Shown here piece by piece: positions 1 through 8,227 of a stretch of DNA of 17,858 nucleotides (its first letter is position 1; each line of letters starts with the position of its first letter). The notes beneath the pieces were generated by a model. That model ran no database searches and had not been told where the DNA came from. It saw nothing but the letters and a program-made list of their open reading frames with translations. Source of the DNA: an uncultured Gammaproteobacteria bacterium (lineage in GTDB: Bacteria > Pseudomonadota > Gammaproteobacteria > UBA9214); NCBI GenBank assembly GCA_963827755.1, contig CAWHCQ010000041.1, forward strand, positions 1 to 17,858. Direction: 5' to 3'. The position numbers and the translations under genes are program-made.

Positions 1-105
1 TACTCGACGCTGATGAGCGTCGCCTACGGCAAGAGCGGCAAGGAAGCCGGCCTGGATGGCCAGATGATCAAGGCGAAGCAGCTGGAAGCGATTGCCGGGA
101 AGTAA
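1..105 (+). CDS. 3' fragment of a probable heterodisulfide reductase subunit B family protein (HdrB-like); partial
   Basis: Frame 1 is open from base 1 to TAA at 103-105 (YSTLMSVAYGKSGKEAGLDGQMIKAKQLEAIAGK*) and is followed by a terminator. From memory it resembles C-termini of proteobacterial HdrB in QmoAB-HdrCB clusters. Only 34 aa are visible. Confidence 0.5.
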   Translation, partial: YSTLMSVAYGKSGKEAGLDGQMIKAKQLEAIAGK

Positions 106-131
106 ACATCGTCATTACAAGACGCTGACAG

Positions 132-156
132 GGCCCCTCGACGAGGGGCCTTTTTT
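132..156 (+). terminator. Rho-independent terminator
   Basis: Stem GGCCCCTC (132-139) / GAGGGGCC (143-150), then TTTTTT (151-156), 26 nt after the stop codon. Confidence 0.9.
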
Positions 157-278
157 GTGGGCGGGCCAACGCATAAAACAGCTTTTAGACAAAAAAATGG
201 CGTTGCAGCACATTGTTTCATAATATAGTCAGAACGGGGGTGTACTGACGCCCTTGTTATTACCCTGGGGAAAACAAC

Positions 279-683
279 ATGAATGAACTGATGAATAACG
301 AGGCTGTCGGCAAACTGGTCCTGCGCCTGACGCTTGGAATCCTCATACTGTTCCATGGCGTCAACAAGCTGCTGCACCCGGGTTCCGTCGATTTTATCAG
401 CAGCACGCTCACCGGCGCCGGGCTGCCGGGGGCGATTGCCAATGGTGTGTATATCGGTGAAATCATTGCACCACTGATGATCATTATCGGTCTCTATTCC
501 CGCATCGGCGGCCTGCTGGTCGCCATCAACATGGTGTTTGCTATCCTGCTGGTGCATTCCGGCGACCTGCTCGCCCTGACCGACCATGGCGGCTGGCGGA
601 TCGAGTTGCAGGCGTTCTACCTGTTCTGCGCTGTCGCAGTCATCTTCCTCGGCAGCGGCAAGCTGGCGGTGAAACCGGACTGA
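279..683 (+). CDS. DoxX family membrane protein
   Basis: 134 aa with about 4 hydrophobic helices. Motifs LRLTLG..LFHGxxKL, GEIIAPLMIIIGLYSR, AILLVH, GWRIELQAFYL and GSGKLA are typical of DoxX. Purine-rich GGGGAAAA upstream. Confidence 0.88.
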   Translation: MNELMNNEAVGKLVLRLTLGILILFHGVNKLLHPGSVDFISSTLTGAGLPGAIANGVYIGEIIAPLMIIIGLYSRIGGLLVAINMVFAILLVHSGDLLALTDHGGWRIELQAFYLFCAVAVIFLGSGKLAVKPD

Positions 684-697
684 CAATCTTCAGCGCC

Positions 698-1435
698 CTA
701 CCTGCTGCTGAAGACGATGTCGCCATACCAGGCGACGGCCGACTCCCGGGTATTGTCGGTATCCGTCATAATGGCCACGCCGGAAATCATCGTCGGCTCC
801 TCGCCAAAGGCCTTTTTGTAGTCCGCGTAGACATCGCGCTCCTGCATGACCCATTGCTGCACGTTGTCAGGCCCGCTCTGGACGACGAACATCATGACCC
901 GGTCCGTGTAGGCATTCGCCACCATGGTACCGGCGGGGCTGCTGCTTCCCCAGATATAGGAGATCGCCCGGTAGGGGACATCCTCCCCGCGGAGAAGCTG
1001 CGCCGCCTTGTGTTCCAGCCGCGCCCAGTAGCCGGCCCTGTCCGGATCGAAGGCAAAGCTGATATAGATCCTGGCGGGATAGTCGTCGCCGTCCCTGCGC
1101 GTGACATCGCCCTTTTGCAGGATATTATTGACCTTCCAGCGCCAGCGAATGACGGGGTAGGCTGCCGGGTCGATAGAAATCGGCCGCGTCAACCCGGAAG
1201 CGGACTGCTCGCTGACGGCCTTGATGACGACCGTGCCGGCATCTTCCACCAGGGAATATTCGCTATGCCGTGCAATCTTGCTGAAGAACAATGGCTGCCA
1301 GCCTTGCGGCAGGGCTTCGGCAATACTGCTCGAGGAAAACCTGCCTGCCTCAATCTGCGCGGACGGTTGCGCAGGCGTCACAGGACGCCGGCAACAGCAA
1401 TACCGGCAGCAGGCTGCGTGCGCACATCCGTGCAC
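698..1435 (-). CDS. DUF3047 domain protein; N-terminus uncertain (likely frameshift near 1375-1390; in-frame GTG at 1381)
   Basis: Motifs WRWKV, GDDYPARIYISF, ISYIW and VAIMTDTDNT...AWYGDIVF. The in-frame N-terminus (CCRYCCC) looks like an out-of-frame Leu-rich signal peptide. Confidence 0.8.
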   Translation of the reverse strand: MHGCAHAACCRYCCCRRPVTPAQPSAQIEAGRFSSSSIAEALPQGWQPLFFSKIARHSEYSLVEDAGTVVIKAVSEQSASGLTRPISIDPAAYPVIRWRWKVNNILQKGDVTRRDGDDYPARIYISFAFDPDRAGYWARLEHKAAQLLRGEDVPYRAISYIWGSSSPAGTMVANAYTDRVMMFVVQSGPDNVQQWVMQERDVYADYKKAFGEEPTMISGVAIMTDTDNTRESAVAWYGDIVFSSR

Positions 1436-1494
1436 TCGCCGATGCCCGCCTCAGCAGGCAGCTGAAAGCCGGCACAACACGACGGTTGAAATAC

Positions 1495-2871
1495 CTAGCA
1501 CTCAATCACGTTCACGGCCAGGCCGCCCCTGGCGGTTTCCTTGTATTTTGTTTTCATGTCGGCGCCGGTTTCGCGCATGGTCTTGATGACCTTGTCGAGT
1601 GAAACGAAATGGGTGCCGTCACCGCGCAGCGCCATGCGCGAGGCGTTGATCGCCTTGACCGCCCCCATGGCGTTGCGTTCGATACAGGGCACCTGTACCA
1701 GCCCGCCGACGGGATCGCAGGTGAGTCCGAGGTTGTGCTCCATGGCGATCTCGGCCGCGTTCTCCACCTGTTCGGGTGTGCCGCCGGAGACCTCGGTCAG
1801 GGCAGCGGCGGCCATGGAACAGGCCGAACCAACCTCCCCCTGGCAACCGACCTCCGCGCCGGAGATGGAGGCATTCTCCTTGTAGAGAATACCGATGGCA
1901 GCGGCCGTGAGCAGAAAGCGGACAATGCCGTCTTCACTGTAACCGGGTGAAAATTTCCAGTAGTAGTGCATCACCGCGGGGATGATGCCGGCGGCACCGT
2001 TGGTCGGCGCCGTCACCACCCGGCCACCGGCTGCATTCTCTTCATTCACCGCCAGGGCATACAGGTTGACCCAGTCCATGGTGCCCAGCGGCACCGTGTG
2101 CAGTTCCTTTTCGTTGATCAACTGGCGATGCAGGCGGGCCGCACGGCGCTTCACCTTCAAGCCACCCGGCAGCACACCCTCGGTACGGCAGCCACGCGCG
2201 ACGCACATCTGCATGACACTCCAGATATTCAGCAGGCCTGTCCTTATTTCGGCTTCGGTGCGCCATGCCTGTTCGTTCTTCAGCATGACCTGGCTGATCG
2301 ACAGGCCCTGCTCCGTACAGTGCTCCAGCAGTTTCACACCCGTTGTAAAAGGAAATGCCAGCCGGGTCTGGTCCTCGACGATCCGGTCTTCACCGGCAGC
2401 CGCTTCATTGACGACGAATCCACCGCCGACAGAGTAATAGGTGCGCTCGCGAATCGGCTGGCCGTCACTGTCAAAGGCATGGAATATCATCCCGTTGGGA
2501 TGAAAAGGCAGCCGCTTGTTTTTATGAAAAACCAGGTCGCGTTGCCTGTCGAAGGCAAGGTCTTTTCCCCCGGGCAGGCGCAGCTTTTTTTCCTGCTCCA
2601 GCCTGTCGAGCCGGGCGGGAATGGCATCGGTATCAACCGACTCCGGCAGCTCTCCCTCGAGACCCAGGATCAGCGCCTTGTCGGTACCGTGACCTTTACC
2701 GGTTGCGCCCAGGGAGCCGAACAGCCCGACCTGGATGCGGGCAAGCCTGTCCATCTGGCCGGACTCGAGCAACCCCCGCGCGAACATCCCGGCGGCCCGC
2801 ATCGGGCCGACCGTGTGCGAGCTTGAAGGCCCGATGCCGATTCTGAACAGATCGAAAACGCTGATGGCCAC
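1495..2871 (-). CDS. sdaA: L-serine ammonia-lyase (Fe-S dependent, fused alpha/beta type)
   Basis: [50 protein letters not shown] and [16 protein letters not shown]. Start reassigned to GTG at 2871 with AGGA upstream (458 aa). Confidence 0.96.
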   Translation of the reverse strand: MAISVFDLFRIGIGPSSSHTVGPMRAAGMFARGLLESGQMDRLARIQVGLFGSLGATGKGHGTDKALILGLEGELPESVDTDAIPARLDRLEQEKKLRLPGGKDLAFDRQRDLVFHKNKRLPFHPNGMIFHAFDSDGQPIRERTYYSVGGGFVVNEAAAGEDRIVEDQTRLAFPFTTGVKLLEHCTEQGLSISQVMLKNEQAWRTEAEIRTGLLNIWSVMQMCVARGCRTEGVLPGGLKVKRRAARLHRQLINEKELHTVPLGTMDWVNLYALAVNEENAAGGRVVTAPTNGAAGIIPAVMHYYWKFSPGYSEDGIVRFLLTAAAIGILYKENASISGAEVGCQGEVGSACSMAAAALTEVSGGTPEQVENAAEIAMEHNLGLTCDPVGGLVQVPCIERNAMGAVKAINASRMALRGDGTHFVSLDKVIKTMRETGADMKTKYKETARGGLAVNVIEC

Positions 2872-2904
2872 GGCAAATCCTGTGTTAAATAGGTATGGAC
2901 CCGT

Positions 2905-2933
2905 ATAATAAGCCGTTTGACGGAAGGTGTCAG
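2905..2933 (-). promoter_or_regulatory. Candidate sigma-70 promoter of sdaA
   Basis: Minus strand reads CTGACA (2933-2928)-N17-TATTAT (2910-2905); both hexamers match consensus at 5/6. The spacer holds the palindrome CCGT-TTG-ACGG (2913-2923). Confidence 0.55.
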
Positions 2934-2955
2934 AACATATTTCCCATCCACTGAT

Positions 2956-2986
2956 GTAGCCCGGATGGAGCACCGCGAAATCCGGG
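2956..2986 (+). repeat. GTAG-family REP (repetitive extragenic palindrome), single unit
   Basis: GTAG head followed by an imperfect hairpin CCCGGAT-GGAGCACCGCGAA-ATCCGGG, lying between divergent sdaA and chrA. Confidence 0.7.
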
Positions 2987-3026
2987 AAGGCCTGAAGGCA
3001 CGAACAACCCGGGATAAATCCCCAAC

Positions 3027-4376
3027 ATGTCAACAATCACAGAAGACACCGGCAGCCGCCCGCAAGCCGTTTCGTTTTTCGAGGCCTTTGGCTACTGGCT
3101 GAAACTGGGGTTTATAAGTTTCGGCGGCCCGGCCGGCCAGATAAGCATGATGCACCAGGAACTGGTCGAAAAACGCCGCTGGATTTCCGAGCATCGCTTT
3201 TTACATGCGCTGAACTACACCATGGTCCTGCCGGGACCGGAGGCGCAACAACTGGCGACCTATATCGGCTGGTTGATGCATGGCATACGGGGCGGCATTG
3301 CTGCCGGTGTCCTGTTTGTGCTGCCGTCACTGTTCATCCTTATCGCGCTGACATGGGTCTACCTGAGCTGGGGTGATGTACCGGTGGTCGAGGGTATTTT
3401 GTACGGTATCAAGCCGGCAGTGACGGCGATTGTTGTGTTTGCGGCCTATCGCATCGGTTCACGGGCATTGCAAAACAACGTACTGCGCGCCATGGCCGTG
3501 CTCGCGTTTATCGCGATTTTCGCCTTTAAGGTGCCCTTCCCCTACATCGTGCTGATGGCCGGCATCATCGCCTATGCGGGATCGCGTTTCGCGCCTGATA
3601 AATTCAGGGCGGGCGGGCATCACGGCGAGGCACACAACTCCTGGGGCCCCGCACTGATTGACGATGACACCCCGGTGCCGGCGCATGCACGCTTCAGCTG
3701 GAGCCGCGTCATCGCGCTGTCCCTGGCTGGACTGTTTATCTGGGGCGCTGCCCTGGGTGCGCTTGCAAGCGGCTATGGCTGGGATGGCACGCTTACGCAG
3801 ATCGGCTGGTTCTTCACCAAGGCGGCGCTGGTCACCTTCGGCGGCGCCTACGCGGTTCTGCCCTATGTCTACCAGGGCGGCGTTGAACAATACGCCTGGT
3901 TAAGCGCCACGCAAATGATGGACGGGCTTGCGCTTGGAGAAACAACCCCTGGCCCGTTGATCATGATCGTCGCCTTCGTTGGCTATGTCGGCGGCTGGAC
4001 CCGGGAACTGTTCGGGCCGGAGATGCTGCCGCTGGCGGGTGTGGCCGGCGCATCTGTCGCCACGCTGTTCACCTTTCTGCCGTCTTTCCTTTTCATACTC
4101 GTCGGCGGACCGGCGGTAGAAGCGACCCGCCATGATGTGAATTTCACGGCGCCACTAACCGGCATCACCGCCGCCGTGGTCGGTGTCGTTCTCAACCTGG
4201 CGGTATTTTTCGCCTGGCACGTGCTTTGGCCCCGCGGCTTCGAGGGACCATTCGAGTGGTTCTCCGCCCTCACCGGCATCGTCGCCTTTATCGCCCTGTT
4301 CAGGTACAAGGCGGGGATCGTTACGGTGATCGTCGCCTGCGCACTCGCGGGCCTTGCATACTCCTTGCTGCTGTAG
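3027..4376 (+). CDS. chrA: Chromate ion transporter (CHR family, long-chain two-domain)
   Basis: 449 aa with two homologous halves: [24 protein letters not shown] and [14 protein letters not shown]. His-rich linker GGHHGEAH. Confidence 0.93.
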   Translation: MSTITEDTGSRPQAVSFFEAFGYWLKLGFISFGGPAGQISMMHQELVEKRRWISEHRFLHALNYTMVLPGPEAQQLATYIGWLMHGIRGGIAAGVLFVLPSLFILIALTWVYLSWGDVPVVEGILYGIKPAVTAIVVFAAYRIGSRALQNNVLRAMAVLAFIAIFAFKVPFPYIVLMAGIIAYAGSRFAPDKFRAGGHHGEAHNSWGPALIDDDTPVPAHARFSWSRVIALSLAGLFIWGAALGALASGYGWDGTLTQIGWFFTKAALVTFGGAYAVLPYVYQGGVEQYAWLSATQMMDGLALGETTPGPLIMIVAFVGYVGGWTRELFGPEMLPLAGVAGASVATLFTFLPSFLFILVGGPAVEATRHDVNFTAPLTGITAAVVGVVLNLAVFFAWHVLWPRGFEGPFEWFSALTGIVAFIALFRYKAGIVTVIVACALAGLAYSLLL

Positions 4377-4394
4377 GACATAAACACCGCTGCC

Positions 4395-5093
4395 ATGAAC
4401 CACAGGCGCCTGCGCCGCTTGACGGCAACCATCCTCGTAACCGTGCTGCTTGTCAGCCTGGTGCCGGTGCTGGTGCTGCGCTGGGTTGCGCCGCCGACCA
4501 CCTCGGTCATATTGCAGCGCAGTTTCTCCACGGACCAGGCGCAGGACTACCAGTGGGTCCCGCTCGAGCGCATCTCGCCGCATGCCGCGCTGGCGGTGGT
4601 CGCCGCCGAAGACCAGACCTTTCCGCTGCACCACGGTTTTGATATTGCGTCCATCAGGGACGCCTTGAACGACCATGCCGGTGGTGGCCGATTGCGCGGC
4701 GCCAGCACCCTGACCCAGCAGGTCGCGCGCAACCTGTTCCTGTGGCAGGGCCGCAGCTACCTGCGCAAGGGGCTCGAGGCATGGTTTACCGTGTGGCTGG
4801 AACTGCTCTGGTCGAAACAGCGCATTCTCGAGGTCTACCTGAACATAGCCGAAACCGGCACACAGACCTTTGGCGTGGAGGCGGCTGCGTGGCGTTTTTT
4901 TCAGCGCCCTGCCAGTGCACTCAGCCGTGAACAGGCGGCATTGATTGCTGCGGTGTTGCCGAGCCCGCGGCGATCAAGACCGGACCGGCCATCAGACTAC
5001 ATCCTCAAGCGTCAGGCAAGCATTCTGCAGCAAATGGATCAACTGGGTAACAGGGCCTGGTTGAAAGGCATCCTGCCGACGGCACAAAAATGA
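4395..5093 (+). CDS. mtgA: Monofunctional peptidoglycan transglycosylase (GT51)
   Basis: N-terminal anchor and GT51 motifs EDQTFPLHHGFD, RGASTLTQQVARNL, RKGLEA, KQRILEVYLN and FGVEAAA. No transpeptidase domain. Confidence 0.95.
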   Translation: MNHRRLRRLTATILVTVLLVSLVPVLVLRWVAPPTTSVILQRSFSTDQAQDYQWVPLERISPHAALAVVAAEDQTFPLHHGFDIASIRDALNDHAGGGRLRGASTLTQQVARNLFLWQGRSYLRKGLEAWFTVWLELLWSKQRILEVYLNIAETGTQTFGVEAAAWRFFQRPASALSREQAALIAAVLPSPRRSRPDRPSDYILKRQASILQQMDQLGNRAWLKGILPTAQK

Positions 5094-5101
5094 TCGAAAC
5101 C

Positions 5102-5147
5102 GGCAGCGTCAATAACCCGTTGGCAGCGTCAGCCTATCCGCTACAAT
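5102..5147 (+). promoter_or_regulatory. Candidate sigma-70 promoter with 10-bp direct repeats upstream of the DUF2652 gene
   Basis: TTGGCA (5120-5125)-N16-TACAAT (5142-5147). GGCAGCGTCA occurs at 5102-5111 and 5122-5131. Confidence 0.55.
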
Positions 5148-5179
5148 ACAGAATATAGCCAGACAGGCCTGCAGGCACC

Positions 5180-5794
5180 ATGGAAAACGATTCGACAAAA
5201 AAGGTTTTACTGATGATCGCCGACATCAGTGGCTACACCGAGTTCATGGTTTCCAGTGAACTGGAAATGGAACACAGTCAGCATATCATCTCGGCACTGA
5301 TACATTCCATTATCACCCAGGTTGAAATTCCCCTCGAGGTCTCCAAGCTGGAGGGCGACGCGGTATTTTTATATGCCATCAAGGACAGCGACGATTACGC
5401 CTGGGATGAGGTTGCCCACAGGATCGGCAAGAAGTTGATCCTGTTCTTCGAGGCCTTTCACGACAGGCTTGAGAATATCGGCAGCAACAGTGTCTGCACC
5501 TGTGGCGCCTGCAGCAATACCGATGTACTCAAGCTCAAGATCGTCGTACACAGCGGCAATGCATTGTTCTACTCGATTGAACAGTTCCACGAACTCTCAG
5601 GCAGTGACGTCATTCTCGTTCATCGGCTGTTGAAAAATTCTATAGACGATGACGAATACATACTGATGACTGAAAAGGCCTACAATGACCTGGCCCTGCC
5701 GCGGCACCTGCATATTGAAAAAGGCCATGAGCAATACAAACATCTCGGTGAAATCGACACCCTTATCTACTACCCGCACAAACAGGTGGACTGA
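5180..5794 (+). CDS. DUF2652 domain protein (class III nucleotidyl cyclase-like fold) with CxCxxC motif
   Basis: 204 aa with motifs IADISGYTEF, SKLEGDAVF, CTCGAC, LKIVVHSG, LSGSDVILVHRLLKNSI and YILMT. Confidence 0.8.
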   Translation: MENDSTKKVLLMIADISGYTEFMVSSELEMEHSQHIISALIHSIITQVEIPLEVSKLEGDAVFLYAIKDSDDYAWDEVAHRIGKKLILFFEAFHDRLENIGSNSVCTCGACSNTDVLKLKIVVHSGNALFYSIEQFHELSGSDVILVHRLLKNSIDDDEYILMTEKAYNDLALPRHLHIEKGHEQYKHLGEIDTLIYYPHKQVD

Positions 5795-5823
5795 CGCCGG
5801 CCGGCATCCATGCATGGCCGGCG
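5795..5823. other. GC-rich hairpin directly after the DUF2652 stop, without a U-tract
   Basis: CGCCGGCC (5795-5802) pairs with GGCCGGCG (5816-5823), with an inner GCAT/ATGC pair. Confidence 0.5.
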
Positions 5824-5922
5824 GTGCCCGCAAATCAGGCCGATACACCCTTATAAACCCGCCGGTCAGTCAGTTATAATGGCCACCATCCGGCAGCTCT
5901 GCTCCGGCAACAGGAGTCAGGT

Positions 5923-6315
5923 ATGCGTCCAGCCATTCTACTGTTCATCGCACTGTTCATGTCAGGCTGTGCAAGTGTGGATAACAGCAAAAAGACCATT
6001 ACGCTGGACAGCGCACTGCGCCAGTATGAACGCGCAATTCGCTGGGGCGAATACCAGGCCGCCGACAGTCTCAGAAGACAGCCTGCAGGCAGCGCTGCGG
6101 ATACGGCCCGCCTCAAGTCAATCAGGGTCACCGCCTATGACCCTGTCGGTAAAACAGAATCCGAGGACCGCAGCAAGGCACAGGTTGATGTGGTGATACG
6201 CTACTACAACGAATACACCATGAGGGAACTCACAATTACCGACCACCAGTTATGGGAGTATGATCCCGCTGAAAAAACCTGGTACATCACCAGTCCCATG
6301 CCGGCATTCAAGTAA
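5923..6315 (+). CDS. Hypothetical lipoprotein
   Basis: Signal peptide MRPAILLFIALFMSG-C with lipobox and Ala at +2. RBS AGGAG; perfect TATAAT at 5875-5880. 130 aa. Confidence 0.85.
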   Translation: MRPAILLFIALFMSGCASVDNSKKTITLDSALRQYERAIRWGEYQAADSLRRQPAGSAADTARLKSIRVTAYDPVGKTESEDRSKAQVDVVIRYYNEYTMRELTITDHQLWEYDPAEKTWYITSPMPAFK

Positions 6316-6341
6316 ACCACCCGGCAAATATTCTACTCAAC

Positions 6342-6407
6342 ATGAACAGAGGAAATCACCTCCCTGCCAAATACGGGCAGGCCCCGGCAATACGGGTGGC
6401 AGCCTGA
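6342..6407 (+). CDS. Candidate 21-aa upstream micro-ORF coupled to djlA
   Basis: MNRGNHLPAKYGQAPAIRVAA*. Its TGA (6405-6407) overlaps the djlA ATG (TGATG). No SD; TATTCT at 6329-6334 ends 7 nt before the ATG. Confidence 0.25.
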   Translation: MNRGNHLPAKYGQAPAIRVAA

Positions 6408-7180
6408 TGTCCTGGTGGGGAACCGTCATCGGCGGGACGCTGGGTTACATGTTTGGCGGACCGCTGGGCGCCATTCTCGGTGCCGTCCTTGGCCGCAACT
6501 TCAGCCGCGGCATACAGCTGAACGATGCGCAGACCGGCTACGGGTCCGGCCAGCAGGAACGCGTACAGGCCGCATTTTTCACCGCCACGTTCTCCGTCAT
6601 GGGACATGTCGCCAAGGCGGATGGCCGGGTGACGGCCGACGAGATCGCCGCGGCCCGTTCCATCATGGGGCAGATGCAACTCAGCGCGGAACAGCGCAAG
6701 GCGGCCATCGGGCTGTTTACCGAGGGCAAGAAGGACGACTTTCCCCTGCACGATGTAATCATGCAGTTCAGGCACGAGTGTCACCGGCGGCGCAACCTGT
6801 TACAGATGTTCCTCGAGATCCAGATCGCCACCGCGATGGCCGACGGCCATATTCACCCTGACGAAAAAAGACTCATCACGACCATCGGCGAACTGCTCGG
6901 CTTTGCCCGTGCCGATATCGACAAGCTGTTTCGTTTCACCAACAGCAGCCGGACCTACAGCAGCGACCATCAAAGCCTGCCACAGGCCTACACAATCCTC
7001 GGTGTTGACAAAAATGCCAGCGACGCCGAGGTCAAGAAGGCCTACCGCCGCCTGATGAGCCAGCACCACCCCGACAAGCTGATAGCCAAGGGACTGCCGG
7101 AAGAGATGATCAAGCTGGCTACCGAGAAGACCCAGACCATCAAGGCCGCCTACGAGCAGATCAAGGAAAGCCGGCACTGA
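6407..7180 (+). CDS. djlA: Membrane-anchored DnaJ-like co-chaperone DjlA (TerB-like domain plus C-terminal J domain)
   Basis: N-terminal MSWWGTVIGGTLGYMFGGPLGAILG anchor, VMGHVAKADGRV, and a J domain with HPD (QHHPDKL). Start reassigned to ATG 6407 (257 aa). Confidence 0.95.
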   Translation: MSWWGTVIGGTLGYMFGGPLGAILGAVLGRNFSRGIQLNDAQTGYGSGQQERVQAAFFTATFSVMGHVAKADGRVTADEIAAARSIMGQMQLSAEQRKAAIGLFTEGKKDDFPLHDVIMQFRHECHRRRNLLQMFLEIQIATAMADGHIHPDEKRLITTIGELLGFARADIDKLFRFTNSSRTYSSDHQSLPQAYTILGVDKNASDAEVKKAYRRLMSQHHPDKLIAKGLPEEMIKLATEKTQTIKAAYEQIKESRH

Positions 7181-7233
7181 TGGACGCCCGCGACCCGCAC
7201 CCTGGTTGCACGCCGCGCACCCTGCAGCCGTGA
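7180..7233 (+). CDS. Candidate 17-aa bridging micro-ORF between djlA and srkA
   Basis: MDARDPHPGCTPRTLQP*. Its ATG overlaps the djlA TGA (TGATG) and its TGA overlaps the srkA GTG (GTGA). Confidence 0.35.
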   Translation: MDARDPHPGCTPRTLQP

Positions 7234-8222
7234 ACATCACCACTGCGGCACCTGTCGACTACTCGGGCCTGACACCGGATACCCTGCTGGACGCAATCGA
7301 GGACTGCGGCTATCGCACAGACGGGCGGCTGCTGGCACTCAACAGTTATGAAAACCGCGTCTACCAGGTCGGCGTGGAAGACGCGACCCCGGTCATCGCC
7401 AAGATATACCGGCCGGGGCGCTGGTCAAACGAGGCCATCCTCGAAGAGCATGCCTTTACACTCGAACTCGCGGACGCCGAGATCCCGGTTGTCGCCCCGC
7501 TTTCCATCGAGGGCTCGACACTGCACGACTGGCAGGGCTACCGGCTGGCCATCTATCCCCGCCAGGGCGGCCACTGGCCTGAACTGAATTCCCGCGAGGA
7601 ACGGGAATGGATGGGCCGTTTCATTGCGCGCATGCATGCCGTTGGCGCAACCCGGCCGTTCATCCACAGGCCGGTACTGGACATCGAGAGCTTCGGACAC
7701 CAGTCGCGCAGCTTCCTGCTGGAACATGATTTCATTCCCGCCCATATCGAAAACGCCTACCTGACGCTGTCGCAGGACCTGCTCGCGCAGGTCAGCGCAA
7801 TCTTTGCGGCCGCCGGCAACATCAGGCAGCTGCGCCTGCACGGCGACTGTCACCCGGGAAATATTTTGTGGACGGAACAGGGGCCGCACTTCGTCGACCT
7901 GGATGACTGCCGCACCGGCCCGGCCATGCAGGACATCTGGATGCTGATTTCGGGCGACCGCTTTGAAATGCAGTCACAGCTGATCGATATCATCGAGGGC
8001 TATGAGCAGTTTCATGATTTTGACACGCGGGAACTGCAACTGATCGAACCACTGCGCACGCTGCGCATCATTCACTATGCCGCGTGGCTGGCGCGGCGCT
8101 GGGAGGACCCCGCCTTTCCGCGGGCCTTTCCCTGGTTCAATACGTCACGCTACTGGGAAGACCATATTCTTGCATTGCGCGAACAGGCCGGCCTGCTTAA
8201 CGAACCGGCACTGGTTGTCTGA
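7230..8222 (+). CDS. srkA: Stress response Ser/Thr kinase SrkA/RdoA (YihE)
   Basis: LNSYENRVYQ, KIYRPGRWS, EEHAF, RLHGDCHPGN, VDLDD and RRWEDPAFPRAFPWF. Start is likely GTG 7230 (the ORF track gives TTG 7206). Confidence 0.93.
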   Translation: MNITTAAPVDYSGLTPDTLLDAIEDCGYRTDGRLLALNSYENRVYQVGVEDATPVIAKIYRPGRWSNEAILEEHAFTLELADAEIPVVAPLSIEGSTLHDWQGYRLAIYPRQGGHWPELNSREEREWMGRFIARMHAVGATRPFIHRPVLDIESFGHQSRSFLLEHDFIPAHIENAYLTLSQDLLAQVSAIFAAAGNIRQLRLHGDCHPGNILWTEQGPHFVDLDDCRTGPAMQDIWMLISGDRFEMQSQLIDIIEGYEQFHDFDTRELQLIEPLRTLRIIHYAAWLARRWEDPAFPRAFPWFNTSRYWEDHILALREQAGLLNEPALVV

Positions 8223-8227
8223 CAAGT

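Noticed and set aside
186-229. Sigma-70 promoter for doxX
   Set aside because: The region is AT-rich, but candidate -35/-10 pairs have poor spacing (12-15 nt).
1966-2826. Long antisense ORFs (also 24-686, 854-1465, 12280-13143, 13528-14109, 14684-15253)
   Set aside because: Shadow frames of well-supported genes in GC-rich DNA, with no recognisable motifs.
2872-3026. Glycine riboswitch upstream of sdaA
   Set aside because: No GGAGA/CCGAAG aptamer motifs seen, and the candidate promoter leaves only a short leader.
2872-3036. 55-aa N-terminal extension of SdaA (and similar extensions of DjlA from 6260, DUF2919 from 12004, Pgk from 15945)
   Set aside because: Family similarity starts at the downstream codons. 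For sdaA the extension would cross its promoter, the REP and the chrA start.
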